Of a stretch of 64,000 nt of DNA, positions 49,803-64,000 are shown piece after piece. The notes under the pieces were generated by a model that did not search any database, was not told where the DNA came from, and was given only the letters and a program-made list of their open reading frames with translations. A program made the translations under genes and the position numbers. The DNA comes from Dendrobates tinctorius (taxonomy: Eukaryota): contig NW_027361754.1 of assembly GCF_039654945.1 (NCBI RefSeq), positions 1,550,001-1,614,000 on the forward strand, in the 5' to 3' direction. How positions within the stretch are numbered: the stretch's first letter is position 1; every line of letters starts with the position of its first letter.

Positions 49803-51424
49803 CAGTGCCTTGTGAAAGTATTCGGCTCCCTGGAACTTTTCAACCTTTTCCCACATATCATGCTTCAAACATAAAGATACCAAATGTAAATTTTTGGTGA
49901 AGAATCAACAACAAGTGGGAGACAATTGTGAAGTTGAACAAAATTTATTGGTTATTTTAAATTTTTGTGGAAATTCAAAAACTGAAAAGTGGGACGTGCA
50001 ATATTATTCAACCCCTTTATCTTAATGCTTTGTTGCGCCACCTTTTGCTGCGATTACAGCTGCAAGTCGCTTGGGGTATGTCTCTATCAGTTTTGTACAT
50101 CGAGAGACTGAAATTCTTGCCCATTCTTCCTTGGCAAACAGCTCGACCTCAGTGAGGTTTGATGGAGATCGTTTGTGAACAGCAGTTTTCAGCTCTTTCC
50201 ACAGATTCTCGATTGGATTCAGGTCTGGACTTTGACTTGGCCATTCTAACACCTGGATACGTTTATTTGTGAACCATTCCATTGTAGATTTTGCTTTATG
50301 TTTGGGACCATTGTCTTGTTGGAAGACAAATTCCGTCCCAGTCTCAGGTCTTTTGCAGACACCAACATGTTTTCTTCAAGAATGGTCCTGTATTTGGCTC
50401 CATCCATCTTCCCATCAATTTTAACCATCTTCCCTGTTCCTGCTGAAGAAAAGCAGACCCAAACCATGATGCTGCCACCACCATGTTTGACAGTGGGGAT
50501 GGTGTGTTCAGGGTGATGAGCTGTGTTGCCTTTACGCCAAACATATCGTTTGGCATTGTTGACAAAAAGTTAGATTTTGGTTTCATCTGACCAGAGCACC
50601 TTCTTCCACATGTTTGGTGAGTCTCCCAGGTGGCTTGTTGCAAACTTTAAACGACACTTTTATGGATATCTTAGAGAAATGGCTTTCTTCTTGCCACTCT
50701 TCAATAAAGGCCAGATTTGTGCAGTGTATGACTGATTGTTGTCCTATGGACAGACTGTCCCACCTCAGCTGTAGATCTCTGCAGTTCATCCAGAGTGATC
50801 ATGGGCCTCTTGGCTGCATCTCTGATCAGTCTTCTCCTTGTTTGAGATGAAAGTTTAGAGGGACGGCCGGGTCTTGGTAGATTTGCAGTGGTATGATACT
50901 CCTTCCATTTCAATATGATCGCTTGCACAGTGCTCCTTGGGATGTTTAAAGTTTTGGAAATCATTTTGTATCCAAATCCGGCTTTAAATCTCTCCACAAC
51001 AGTATCACGGACCTTGTTGTATTCCTTGATCTTCGTGATGCTCTCTGTGCTTCAAACAGAACCCTGAGACTATCACAGAGCAGGTGCATTTATACGGAGA
51101 CTTGATTACACACAGGTGGATTATATTTATCATCATTAGTCATTTAGGACAACATTGGATCATTCCGAGATCCACAATGAACTTCTGGAGTGAGTTTGCT
51201 GTACTGAAAGTAAAGAGGCTGAATAATATTGCACGCCCCACTTTTCAGTTTTTGAATTTCCACAAAAGTTTAAAATCAATACATTTCATTCAACTTCACA
51301 ATTCTGTCCCACTTGTAGGTGATTCTCCACCAAAAATTTACATTTGGTATCTTTATGTTTGAAGCATGATATGTGGGAAAAGGTTGAAAAGTTCCAGGGG
51401 GCCGAATACTTTCACAACGCACTG
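49803..51424 (-). mobile_element. Tc1 transposon with frameshifted transposase (~50022-51040)
   Basis: TIR CAGTGCCTTGTGAAAGTATTCGG with TA flanks. Fragments PGRPSKLS, MVWVCFSSAGTG and WPSQSPDLNPIENLW lie in different frames. Confidence 0.92.
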
Positions 51425-51594
51425 TACATATAGGGTAAAGAAGCGATCCCACAAAATTAAGATAAAACAATATATTTTATTGAACAGTATTTTATAAAAC
51501 AGAAGTAAAAAATCAGGATAACCGTAACAGGGGAAAATATCAAAACAATATAAAAGGGCTATCCAACGAATGGCTGCAAAAAAGGCCCATATAA

Positions 51595-51842
51595 ATAATA
51601 ATAATCTTTAATTTTATATAGCGCTAACACATTCCGCAGCGCTTTACAGTTTGCACTCATTATCATCACTGTCCCCAATGGGGCTCACAATCTAAATTCC
51701 CTATCAGTATGTCTTTGGAATGTGGGAGGAAACCCACGCAAACACGGGAAGAACATACAAACTTCTTGCAGATGTTGTCCTGTTGTCCAGGACCCCAGCC
51801 CTGCAAAGCTGCAGCGCTAACCACTGAGCCACCGTGCTGCCC
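51595..51842 (-). mobile_element. tRNA-derived SINE, same family as 6265-6543 (B box deleted)
   Basis: GGCAGCACGGTGGCTCAGTGGTTAGC head, shared core and tail. Confidence 0.85.
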
Positions 51843-53764
51843 CATATAAATCCAAAACAAAGAGATAAATAATACAAAAAGACCTTATATTAAAGTGTAC
51901 ATAAACCTACCACAGGAAGGACAAATAATAGCAATAGTGGTAAAGAAAACGTGACTTGGGGCCCCGTCACACATAGCGACTCACCAGCGATCCCGATAAC
52001 GATATGACCTTGTCAGGATCGCTGGTGTTGCTACATGATCGCTGGTGAGCTGTCAAACAGGCAGCTTCACCAGCGATCAGGACAGCAACATGCGGGTAAC
52101 AATCGACGCACGTCGCTTAGTTACCCGCAGTGTACGTTAAGATACCAGCGCGCTGGTAACTAAGGTAAACATCGGCTTTCTAAGCGCCGCGTGGCGCTTA
52201 GGAACCCGCTGTTTACCTTGTTTAGCAGCTCGCTGATCGCTGGTCTCCCGCCTGCCACACGCAGCTGAGATGAGATGGTTTAGTGACTCCTGCATTGAGC
52301 AGGGGGTTGGACACGATGACCATGTAGTTTCCTTCCAACTCTAACATTCTATAACGAGTTTCCTTCCAACTCTAACATTCTATAACGACATTTTTCTGAC
52401 AGTGATCTGGTAGGAGTCAGTCTAATTTATCTCGCTCCCTTTTAGGATTTCCTCCGCATCTCAAATCTTTACAAAAGTAGTGACTGCAGTCATTGCAGGA
52501 CTGAGAGGTAGAAGCATCGTCAGATGCCTGGATACTTGATGTTTACATTTGTGGGCATTTCGTCCTGAATTGGTCATCCCCCAAAGATTCTGGGAAAGTT
52601 CCACTGGAACTGTGAAAGGTATTTGACCAGAGTCTTCTAAGTCCATAGATTTGAGATGATAGGGAGTCACCCAATTTTGAAGGCCCCAAGAGATCAGTCT
52701 CCTGGTCCTCCGACCAGATTGATGAAGGATCTCAGGGATTTATTCATGTCGTTCAATTCCAAAGAAGACTGGACCTCGGGAGCTGGTTCTTTACTGTAAG
52801 AGCAGTGAATCTGTGGAATAGTCACCTCGGCAGCTGGTTCTTTACTGTAAGAGCAATGAATCTGTGGAATAGTCACCTCGGGAGCTGGTTCTTTACTGTA
52901 AGAGCAGTGAATCTGTGGAATAGTCACCTCAGGAGCTGGTTCTTTACTGTAAGAGCAGTGAATCTGTGGAATAGTCACCTCGGCAGCTGGTTCTTTAATG
53001 TAAGCGCGGTGAATCTGTGGAAGTCACCTCGGCAGCTGGTTCTTTACTGTAAGAGCAGTGAATCTGTGGAATAGTCACCTCGGGAGCTGGTTCTTTACTA
53101 TAAGAGCGGTAAATCTGTGGAATAGTCACCTCGGCAGCTGGTTCTTTACTGTAAGAGCAATGAATCTGTGGAATAGTCACCTCGGGAGCTGGTTCTTTAC
53201 TGTAAGAGCAGTGAATCTGTGGAATAGTCACCTCAGGAGCTGGTTCTTTACTGTAAGAGCAGTGAATCTGTGGAATAGTCACCTCAGGAGCTGGTTCTTT
53301 ACTGTAAGAGCAGTGAATCTGTGGAATAGTCACCTCGGCAGCTGGTTCTTTAATGTAAGCGCGGTGAATCTGTGGAAGTCACCTCGGCAGCTGGTTCTTT
53401 ACTGTAAGAGCAGTGAATCTGTGGAATAGTCACCTCGGGAGCTGGTTCTTTACTATAAGAGCGGTAAATCTGTGGAATAGTCACCTCGGCAGCTGGTTCT
53501 TTACTGTAAGAGCAGTGAATCTGTGGAATAGTCACCTCGGCAGCTAGTTCTTTACTATAAGAGCGGTGAATCTGTGGAATAGTCACCTTGGGAGTTGGTT
53601 CTTTACTATAAGAGCGGTGAATCTGTGGAATAGTTACCTCAGGAGCTAGTTCTTTACTATAAGAGCAGTGAATCTGTGGAATAGTCACCTCGGGAGCTGG
53701 TTCTTTACTATAAGAGCAGTGAATCTGTGGAATAGTCACCTCGGGAGCTGGTTCTTTACTGTAA

Positions 53765-54438
53765 GGCTGTGTGCACACGCTGCGGATTTAGGTGCGGATT
53801 GATCCGCTCGGATTTTGTAAAATCCGCAGGTCAAAATACCTGCGGTTTTACCTGCGGATTGCTCTGTGGTTTTGCCCTGCGGTTTTTCATCTCAATGGAG
53901 GAGATGGCAAACCGCAGCAGAATCTGCAGAAAGAATTGACATGTCAATTCTTTCTGCGGATTGAAAACCGCAGATAACCCGCGCGGAAAATTCTGCACCG
54001 TCTGCACTGCGGTTTTTGATTCCCATAGGGAATCATGGTACTGTACACCGCAGCAGGAACCGCAGCAAAATCCGCAGCGTGTGCACACACCCTAAGGCTA
54101 TGTGCACACGCTGCGTATTCTGCTGCGAATCTGCAGCAGTTCTGCAGACAGTGTACAGTACCATGTAAGTCTATGGGATTTACAATCCGCAGTGCACATG
54201 CTGCGGATTTTCACTGCGGAAAAGCTGCGGTTTTAAATCCGCAGAAAGAATTAACATGTCAATTCTTTCTGTGGATTCCGCTGCGGTTTGCCATCTATTC
54301 CATTGTCCAGGTGTCAAACCGCAGGGGAAAACCGCTGGCCAATCCGCAGGTAAAACCGCAGGTCATTTTAACTGCGGTTTTACCTGCGGATCCGCAGATA
54401 CAAATCCGTGGATGAATTCGCAGCGTGTGCACATAGCC
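53765..54438. mobile_element. Two adjacent Harbinger-type MITEs (53765-54092, 54096-54438) sharing a TAA
   Basis: TIRs GGCTRTGTGCACACGCTGCG with TAA/TAA/TTA flanks. Confidence 0.85.
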
Positions 54439-54493
54439 TTAGAGCGGTAAATCTGTGGAATAGTCGCCTCGGGAGCTGGTTCTTTACTGTTAA

Positions 54494-54859
54494 GGGGGTT
54501 TTACACATAGCGATATCGCTAGCAATATCGCTAAAACCTCACTGATTTTGTGACGTTATAGCGATATTGCTAGCGATATCGCTGTGTGATACCTCCGACC
54601 GGCTCCCCCGCTGTCCATCGCTGATCGGGCGGCTCCATTTCTCGTCGGGCGCTTCCTGCTGTGTGAGACGAGCGACGCGTGGAGGCGGGCGGGAGGACGC
54701 CAGGATCGCTGTGTGTGAAAGGTGAGTATCATGCGCTGCATCGCTGCTGCATCGCTGTGAGATCTGCCTGTGTGACAGCTCACTAGCGATCATTTAGCGA
54801 TGCACCAGTGATCCTGACCGCGTCGGATCGCTGGCGCATCGCTAAATCTAAAAGGGCCT
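54494..54859. mobile_element. Harbinger-type MITE inserted in a satellite unit
   Basis: Body similar to 23637-24031 and flanked by TAA. The satellite unit resumes with GAGCGGTGAATC. Confidence 0.7.
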
Positions 54860-55516
54860 TAAGAGCGGTGAATCTGTGGAATAGTCACTAGAGTTGAGCG
54901 AATTTGATCGGGTCCCTGCTTATTGGCAAGTTATAGCACTTACCTATAAGCTGCAAAGGGAACCAGGATACGTGGAGCATACCGGCTGATCAGCTGTCCG
55001 GTGCCGCAGTTGCATGGAGAGCCTGTGTATTGGGAATTTGGTGAATGATGAGAAGCTGCTTCTATCTGTACATGGAGAATTACGTGCATTGTGGTCTTAT
55101 AGGAGGTGAGGGCCCACCGGGGAATTTACCTCCGCTGTGTGCCGGTCCGAGCCCGATCAGCTTTATACACTGCAGGCTGGAGACGTGACTGATCACATGG
55201 TCATGACATCATCAAAGGTCCTTTAGCCCAGATAGCCTGACTCCTCCCATAACGGATCACATGGTCATGACAGGTCCTTCAGCATTGGGATCTGCGCTCT
55301 AGTGAGGTGGTTGAGCTGCGGGACATCAGCACAGAGTGGCCGCCCTGCTGCAACACCTCCGGCCCATCCCGGTGAGTGCAGACTGCCTCTCGTCCGCCCC
55401 AGACTCCGAATGTGTGGGAGCGTCTGCTGCTCCGGAGTCTGGGGGCGCGGGGTCACCGAGAGCGACCAGGCCGGTACACAGCACAAACGGTGGCGTCTGC
55501 TGAGATCAACAATCCG

Positions 55517-58500
55517 CTCACACACATCCCACACTGAGATGCACACTGCTGAGACACATCCCACACTGAGATACATCCCACACTGAGATACATCCCACAC
55601 TGAGATACACACACACACACACACACACACACGCTGCCGAAATACATCCCACACTGAGATACACACACACGCTGCCGAGATACATCCCACACTGAGATAC
55701 ATCCCACACTGAGATGCACACTGCTGAGACACATCCCACACTGAGATGCACACTGCTGAGACACATCCCACACTGAGATGCACACTGCTGAGATACATCC
55801 CACACTGAGATACATCCCACACTGAGATGCACACTGCTGAGACACATCCCACACTGAGATGCACACTGCTGAGATACATCCCACACTGAGATACATCCCA
55901 CACTGAGATACATCCCACACTGAGATACATCCCACACTGAGACACATCCCACACTGAGATGCACACTGCTGAGACACATCCCACACTGAGATGCACACTG
56001 CTGAGATACATCCCACACTGAGATACATCCCACACTGAGATACATCCCACACTGAGACACATCCCACACTGAGATGCACACTGCTGAGACACATCCCACA
56101 CTGAGATGCACACTGCTGAGATACATCCCACGCTGAGATACATCCCACACTGAGATGCACACTGCTGAGATACATCCCACACTGAGATGCACACTGCTGA
56201 GACACATCCCACACTGAGATGCACACTGCTGAGACACATCCCACACTGAGATGCACACTGCTGAGACACATCCCACACTGAGATGCACACTGCTGAGACA
56301 CATCCCACACTGAGATACATCCCACACTGAGATGCACACTGCTGAGACACATCCCACACTGAGATGCACACTGCTGAGACACATCCCACACTGAGATGCA
56401 CACTGCTGAGATACATCCCACACTGAGATACATCCCACACTGAGATGCACACTGCTGAGACACATCCCACACTGAGATGCACACTGCTGAGACACATCCC
56501 ACACTGAGATGCACACTGCTGAGATACATCCCACACTGAGATACATCCCACACTGAGATACATCCCACACTGAGACACATCCCACACTGAGATGCACACT
56601 GCTGAGACACATCCCACACTGAGATGCACACTGCTGAGATACATCCCACACTGAGATACATCCCACACTGAGATACATCCCACACTGAGACACATCCCAC
56701 ACTGAGATGCACACTGCTGAGACACATCCCACACTGAGATGCACACTGCTGAGATACATCCCACGCTGAGATACATCCCACACTGAGATGCACACTGCTG
56801 AGATACATCCCACACTGAGATGCACACTGCTGAGACACATCCCACACTGAGATGCACACTGCTGAGACACATCCCACACTGAGATGCACACTGCTGAGAC
56901 ACATCCCACACTGAGATGCACACTGCTGAGACACATCCCACACTGAGATGCACACTGCTGAGACACATCCCACACTGAGATGCACACTGCTGAGACACAT
57001 CCCACACTGAGATGCACACTGCTGAGATACATCCCACACTGAGATGCACACTGCTGAGACACATCCCACACTGAGATGCACACTGCTGAGACACATCCCA
57101 CACTGAGATGCACACTGCTGAGACACATCCCACACTGAGATGCACACTGCTGAGACACATCCCACACTGAGATGCACACTGCTGAGACACCTCCCACACT
57201 GAGATGCACACTGCTGAGACACCTCCCACACTGAGATGCACACTGCTGAGACACCTCCCACACTGAGATGCACACTGCTGAGACACCTCCCACACTGAGA
57301 TGCACACTGCTGAGACACCTCCCACACTGAGATGCACACTGCTGAGACACCTCCCACACTGAGATGCACACTGCTGAGACACATCCCACACTGAGATGCA
57401 CACTGCTGAGACACATCCCACACTGAGATGCACACTGCTGAGACACATCCCACACTGAGATGCACACTGCTGAGACACATCCCACACTGAGATGCACACT
57501 GCTGAGACACATCCCACACTGAGATGCACACTGCTGAGACACATCCCACACTGAGATGCACACTGCTGAGACACATCCCACACTGAGATGCACACTGCCG
57601 AGACACATCCCACACTGAGATGCACACTGCCGAGACACATCCCACACTGAGATGCACACTGCCGAGACACATCCCACACTGAGATGCACACTGCCGAGAC
57701 ACATCCCACACTGAGATGCACACTGCCGAGACACATCCCACACTGAGATGCACACTGCCGAGACACATCCCACACTGAGATGCACACTGCCGAGACACAT
57801 CCCACACTGAGATGCACACTGCCGAGACACATCCCACACTGAGATGCACACTGCCGAGACACATCCCACACTGAGATGCACACTGCCGAGACACATCCCA
57901 CACTGAGATGCACACTGCCGAGACACATCCCACACTGAGATGCACACTGCCGAGACACATCCCACACTGAGATGCACACTGCCGAGACACATCCCACACT
58001 GAGATGCACACTGCCGAGACACATCCCACACTGAGATGCACACTGCCGAGACACATCCCACACTGAGATGCACACTGCCGAGACACATCCCACACTGAGA
58101 TGCACACTGCCGAGACACATCCCACACTGAGATGCACACTGCCGAGACACATCCCACACTGAGATGCACACTGCCGAGACACATCCCACACTGAGATACA
58201 CACACACTGCCGAGATACATCCCACACTGAGATACACACTGCCGAGATACATCCCACTCTGAGATACACACTGCCGAGATACATCCCACACTGAGATGCA
58301 CACTGCCGAGATACATCCCACACTGAGATGCACACTGCCGAGACACATCCCACACTGAGATGCACACTGCCGAGACACATCCCACACTGAGATGCACACT
58401 GCTGAGACACATCCCACACTGAGATGCACACTGCTGAGACACATCCCACACTGAGATGCACACTGCTGAGACACATCCCACACTGAGATGCACACTGCTG

Positions 58501-59087
58501 AGACACATCCCACACTGAGATGCACACTGCTGAGATACATCCCACACTGAGATGCACACTGCTGAGACACATCCCACAGAGATGCACACTGCTGAGACAC
58601 ATCCCACACTGAGATGCACACTGCTGAGACACATCCCACACTGAGATACACACACACACACGCTGCCGAGATACATCCCACACTGAGATACACACTGCCG
58701 AGATACATCCCACACTGAGATGCACACTGCCGAGATACATCCCACACTGAGATGCACACTGCTGAGACACATCCCACACTGAGATGCACACTGCTGAGAC
58801 ACATCCCACACTGAGATGCACACTGCTGAGACACATCCCACACTGAGATGCACACTGCTGAGACACATCCCACACTGAGATACACACTGCTGAGACACAT
58901 CCCACACTGAGATACACACACACACGCTGCCGAGATACATCCCACACTGAGATACACACACACACGCTGCCGAGATACATCCCACACTGAGATACACACT
59001 GCTGAGACACATCCCACACTGAGATACACACTGCTGAGACACATCACACACTGAGATACACACTGCCGAGACACATCACACACTGAG

Positions 59088-59124
<37 letters not shown>

Positions 59125-59487
59125 CGAGACACATCACACACTGAGATACACACACATGCTGCCGAGATACATCCCACACTGAGATGCACACTGCTGAGAC
59201 ACATCACACACTGAGATACACACTGCCGAGACACATCACACACTGAGATACACACACTGCCGAGATACATCACACACTGAGATGCACACTGCCGAGACAC
59301 ATCACACACTGAGATGCACACTGCCGAGACACATCACACACTGAGATACACACACACACTGCCGAGATACATCCCACACTGAGATACACACACACACGCT
59401 GCCGAGATACATCCCACACTGAGATGCACACTGCTGAGACACATCACACACTGAGATACACACTGCCGAGACACATCACACACTGAG

Positions 59488-59534
<47 letters not shown>

Positions 59535-60025
59535 CGAGATACATCCCACACTGAGATGCACACTGCCGAGACACATCACACACTGAGATACACACTGCCG
59601 AGACACATCACACACTGAGATACACACACACTGCCGAGACACATCACACACTGAGATACACACACACTGCCGAGATACATCCCACACTGAGATACACACA
59701 CACGCTGCCGAGATACATCACACACTGAGATGCACACTGCTGAGACACATCACACACTGAGATGCACACTGCTGAGACACATCACACACTGAGATGCACA
59801 CTGCTGAGACACATCACACACTGAGATGCACACTGCTGAGACACATCACACACTGAGATGCACACTGCCGAGACACATCACACACTGAGATACACACACA
59901 CACACTGCCGAGATACGTCCCACGCCGAGATACATCCCACACTGAGATGCATCCCACACTGCCGAGACACATCCCACACTGAGAGACACGCGCACTGCCG
60001 AGACACATCCCACACTGAGAGACAC
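55517..60025. repeat. 32-bp satellite (GAGACACATCCCACACT + GAGATGCACACTGCT) with 17-bp subunit runs and (CA)n expansions
   Basis: Direct periodicity; the 32-aa period recurs in all three - strand frames. Confidence 0.97.
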
Positions 60026-60254
60026 AACATCCCTACAGTCCCTATCCCTATTCCCTTTTGTGCACTTGCTTTGGCTAAACTAATGTGTATTTAGTCCTGC
60101 CAATAAAGCTTCTTTGAAGTTGATATACCCCCCACTGACATATAGACGCCCCACACATATCCCCCCCCCACACTGACGTACGCTTCCTCACACTGATATA
60201 CAGCCGCCCCACACTGAGAAACTCCCCACACTGATATACATCCCCCCACACTGC

Positions 60255-63200
60255 TACTGAGAGACACGATCCGCCCAGATACACCCCGCACTGAGAGAGG
60301 AGACACGCGATCCACCGAGATACAACCCCCCCCCGGCACTGAGACACACGATCCATTGGGATAGTACCCCCCCCCCCGCACTGAGACACGCGATCCGCTG
60401 AGATAACTCCCCCCCCCCGCACTGAGACATGCAATCCGCTGAGATAACGCCCCCCCTCCGCACTGAGACACGCGATCCGCTGAGATAACGCACCCCCCCG
60501 CACTGAGACGCGCGATCCGCTGAGATAACGCACCCCCCCGCACTGAGACGCGCGATCCGCTGAGATAACGCACCCCCCCGCACTGAGACGCGCGATCCGC
60601 TGAGATAACGCACCCCCCCGCACTGAGACGCGCGATCCGCTGAGATAACGCACCCCCCCGCACTGAGACGCGCGATCCGCTGAGATAACGCACCCCCCCG
60701 CACTGAGACGCGCGATCCGCTGAGATAACGCACCCCCCCGCACTGAGACGCGCGATCCGCTGAGATAACGCACCCCCCCGCACTGAGACGCGCGATCCGC
60801 TGAGATAACGCACCCCCCCGCACTGAGACGCGCGATCCGCTGAGATAACGCACCCCCCCGCACTGAGACGCGCGATCCGCTGAGATAACGCACCCCCCCG
60901 CACTGAGACGCGCGATCCGCTGAGATAACGCACCCCCCGCACTGAGACGCGCGATCCGCTGAGATAACGCGCCCCCCCCGCACTGAGACGCGCGATCCGC
61001 TGAGATAACGCGCCCCCCCCGCACTGAGACGCGCGATCCGCTGAGATAACGCGCCCCCCCCGCACTGAGACGCGCGATCCGCTGAGATAAGGCCCCCCCC
61101 CGCACTGACACGCGATCCGCTGAGATAAGGCCCCCCCCCGCACTGACACGCGATCCGCTGAGATAAGGCCCCCCCCCGCACTGACACACGCGATCCGCTG
61201 AGATAACCGATAACTCCCCCCGCACTGAGACACGCGATCCGCTGAGATAACCCCCCCGCACTGAGACACGCGATCCGCTGAGATAACAACCCCCCCGCAC
61301 TGAGACACGCGATCCGCTGAGATAACGACCCCCCGCACTGACACACGCGATCCGCTGAGATAACCGATAACCCCCCCCCGCACTGAGACACGTGATCCGC
61401 TGAGATAACCGATAACCCCCCCCGCACTGAGACACGTGATCCGCTGAGATAACCGATAACCCCCCCCGCACTGAGACACGCGATCCGCTGAGATAACGAC
61501 CCCCCGCACTGACACACGCGATCCGCTGAGATAACCGATAACCCCCCCCCTTGCACTGACACACGCGATCCGCTGAGATAACCGATAACCCCCCCCTTGC
61601 ACTGACACACGCGATCCGCTGAGATAACCGATAACTCCCCCCGCACTGAGACACGCGATCCGCTGAGATAACCCCCCCCCGCACTGAGACACGCGATCCG
61701 CTGAGATAACCCCCCCCCGCACTGAGACACGCGATCCGCTGAGATAACCCCCCCCGCACTGAGACACGCGATCCGCTGAGATAACCCCCCCGCACTGAGA
61801 CACACGATCCGCTGAGATAACGATAACCCCACCCGCACTGAGACACGCGATCCGCTGAGATAACGCCCCCCCGCACTGACACGCAATCTGCTGAAATAAC
61901 CGATAACCCCCCCCGCACTGAGACACGCGATCCGCCGAGATAACGCCCCCCGCACTGAGACACGCGATCCGCCGAGATAACGCCCCCCGCACTGAGACAC
62001 GCGATCCGCCGAGATAACGCCCCCCGCACTGAGACACGCGATCCGCCGAGATAACGCCCCCCGCACTGAGACACGCGATCCGCCGAGATAACGCCCCCCG
62101 CACTGAGACACGCGATCCGCCGAGATAACGCCCCCCGCACTGAGACACGCGATCCGCCGAGATAACGCCCCCCGCACTGAGACACGCGATCCGCCGAGAT
62201 AACGCCCCCCGCACTGAGACACGCGATCCGCCGAGATAACGCCCCCCGCACTGAGACACGCGATCCGCCGAGATAACGCCCCCCGCACTGAGACACGCGA
62301 TCCGCCGAGATAACGCCCCCCGCACTGAGACACGCGATCCGCCGAGATAACGCCCCCCGCACTGAGACACGCGATCCGCCGAGATAACGCCCCCCGCACT
62401 GAGACACGCGATCCGCCGAGATAACGCCCCCCGCACTGAGACACGCGATCCGCCGAGATAACGCCCCCCGCACTGAGACACGCGATCCGCCGAGATAACG
62501 CCCCCCGCACTGAGACACGCGATCCGCCGAGATAACGCCCCCCGCACTGAGACACGCGATCCGCCGAGATAACGCCCCCCGCACTGAGACACGCGATCCG
62601 CCGAGATAACGCCCCCCGCACTGAGACACGCGATCCGCCGAGATAACGCCCCCCGCACTGAGACACGCGATCCGCCGAGATAACGCCCCCCGCACTGAGA
62701 CACGCGATCCGCCGAGATAACGCCCCCCGCACTGAGACACGCGATCCGCCGAGATAACGCCCCCCGCACTGAGACACGCGATCCGCCGAGATAACGCCCC
62801 CCGCACTGAGACACGCGATCCGCCGAGATAACGCCCCCAGCACTGAGACACGCGATCCGCCGAGATAACGCCCCCCGCACTGAGACACGCGATCCGCCGA
62901 GATAACGCCCCCCGCACTGAGACACGCGATCCGCCGAGATAACGCCCCCCGCACTGAGACACGCGATCCGCCGAGATAACGCCCCCCGCACTGAGACACG
63001 CGATCCGCCGAGATAACGCCCCCCGCACTGAGACACGCGATCCGCCGAGATAACGCCCCCCGCACTGAGACACGCGATCCGCCGAGATAACGCCCCCCGC
63101 ACTGAGACACGCGATCCGCCGAGATAACGCCCCCCGCACTGAGACACGCGATCCGCCGAGATAACGCCCCCCGCACTGAGACACGCGATCCGCCGAGATA

Positions 63201-64000
63201 ACGCCCCCCGCACTGAGACACGCGATCCGCCGAGATAACGCCCCCCGCACTGAGACACGCGATCCGCCGAGATAACGCCCCCCGCACTGAGACACGCGAT
63301 CCGCCGAGATAACGCCCCCCGCACTGAGACACGCGATCCGCCGAGATAACGCCCCCCGCACTGAGACACGCGATCCGCCGAGATAACGCCCCCCGCACTG
63401 AGACACGCGATCCGCCGAGATAACGCCCCCCGCACTGAGACACGCGATCCGCCGAGATAACGCCCCCCGCACTGAGACACGCGATCCGCCGAGATAACGC
63501 CCCCCGCACTGAGACACGCGATCCGCCGAGATAACGCCCCCCGCACTGAGACACGCGATCCGCCGAGATAACGCCCCCCGCACTGAGACACGCGATCCGC
63601 CGAGATAACGCCCCCCGCACTGAGACACGCGATCCGCCGAGATAACGCCCCCCGCACTGAGACACGCGATCCGCCGAGATAACGCCCCCCGCACTGAGAC
63701 ACGCGATCCGCCGAGATAACGCCCCCCGCACTGAGACACGCGATCCGCCGAGATAACGCCCCCCGCACTGAGACACGCGATCCGCCGAGATAACGCCCCC
63801 CGCACTGAGACACGCGATCCGCCGAGATAACGCCCCCCGCACTGAGACACGCGATCCGCCGAGATAACGCCCCCCGCACTGAGACACGCGATCCGCCGAG
63901 ATAACGCCCCCCGCACTGAGACACGCGATCCGCCGAGATAACGCCCCCCGCACTGAGACACGCGATCCGCCGAGATAACGCCCCCCGCACTGAGACACGC
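60255..64000. repeat. CpG-rich 37-40-bp satellite (CGCACTGAGACACGCGATCCGCCGAGATAACGCCCCC)n running off the window
   Basis: A 40-bp block at ~60480-60930, a mixed zone, then near-perfect 37-bp units from ~61915. Confidence 0.97.

Larger units (their letters stand above)
52772..54888 (+). repeat. ~51-bp minisatellite derived from CR1 ORF2 3' sequence, with three MITE insertions
   Basis: The unit CACCTCGGGAGCTGGTTCTTTACTGTAAGAGCAGTGAATCTGTGGAATAGT translates as WFFTVRAVNLWNS. Confidence 0.9.

Noticed and set aside
52772-54888. CRISPR-like appearance of regular repeats (also 19120-20980 and 38950-40770)
   Set aside because: The units are head-to-tail with no unique spacers, there are no cas genes, and the context is eukaryotic.
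55265-63998. Six ORFs of 1181-1308 aa on the - strand
   Set aside because: All three frames give the same periodic peptide because the 32-bp and 37-bp units lack stops. These are satellite artefacts, not genes.

Overview
Repeat-rich vertebrate genomic DNA, most likely from a frog (inferred from the spliced genes and the DIRS, Penelope, Tc1, hAT, Harbinger-MITE, L2, CR1 and V-SINE content). It holds two host genes arranged head-to-head around a compact CpG-rich promoter (~38560-38690). On the - strand is a complete 5-exon RPL27A (148 aa, 5'TOP, ATG-only first coding exon) with two intronic SNORA3-family H/ACA snoRNAs. On the + strand is an intact, spliced ~1134-aa THAP zinc-finger gene. It keeps the HCF-1 motif, the coiled coil and the helix-turn-helix of a P-element/THAP9 transposase, lacks the catalytic domain, and has two in-frame 30-bp repeat expansions; it is the best candidate for an undescribed domesticated P-element gene. 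The rest is nested transposons and satellites. These include a three-LTR non-autonomous Gypsy element with a self-priming (Tf1/sushi-type) PBS signature and a Penelope element with a minimal hammerhead ribozyme and a 27-bp flanking direct repeat. There is also a hAT>Tc1>DIRS nest, an 876-bp tandem triplication, two further Tc1 copies, solo LTRs, many Harbinger-type MITEs, satellites derived from CR1 and SINE sequence, and 32-bp and 37-bp arrays filling the last 8.5 kb. All family assignments come from motif recognition by eye; no database search was run.
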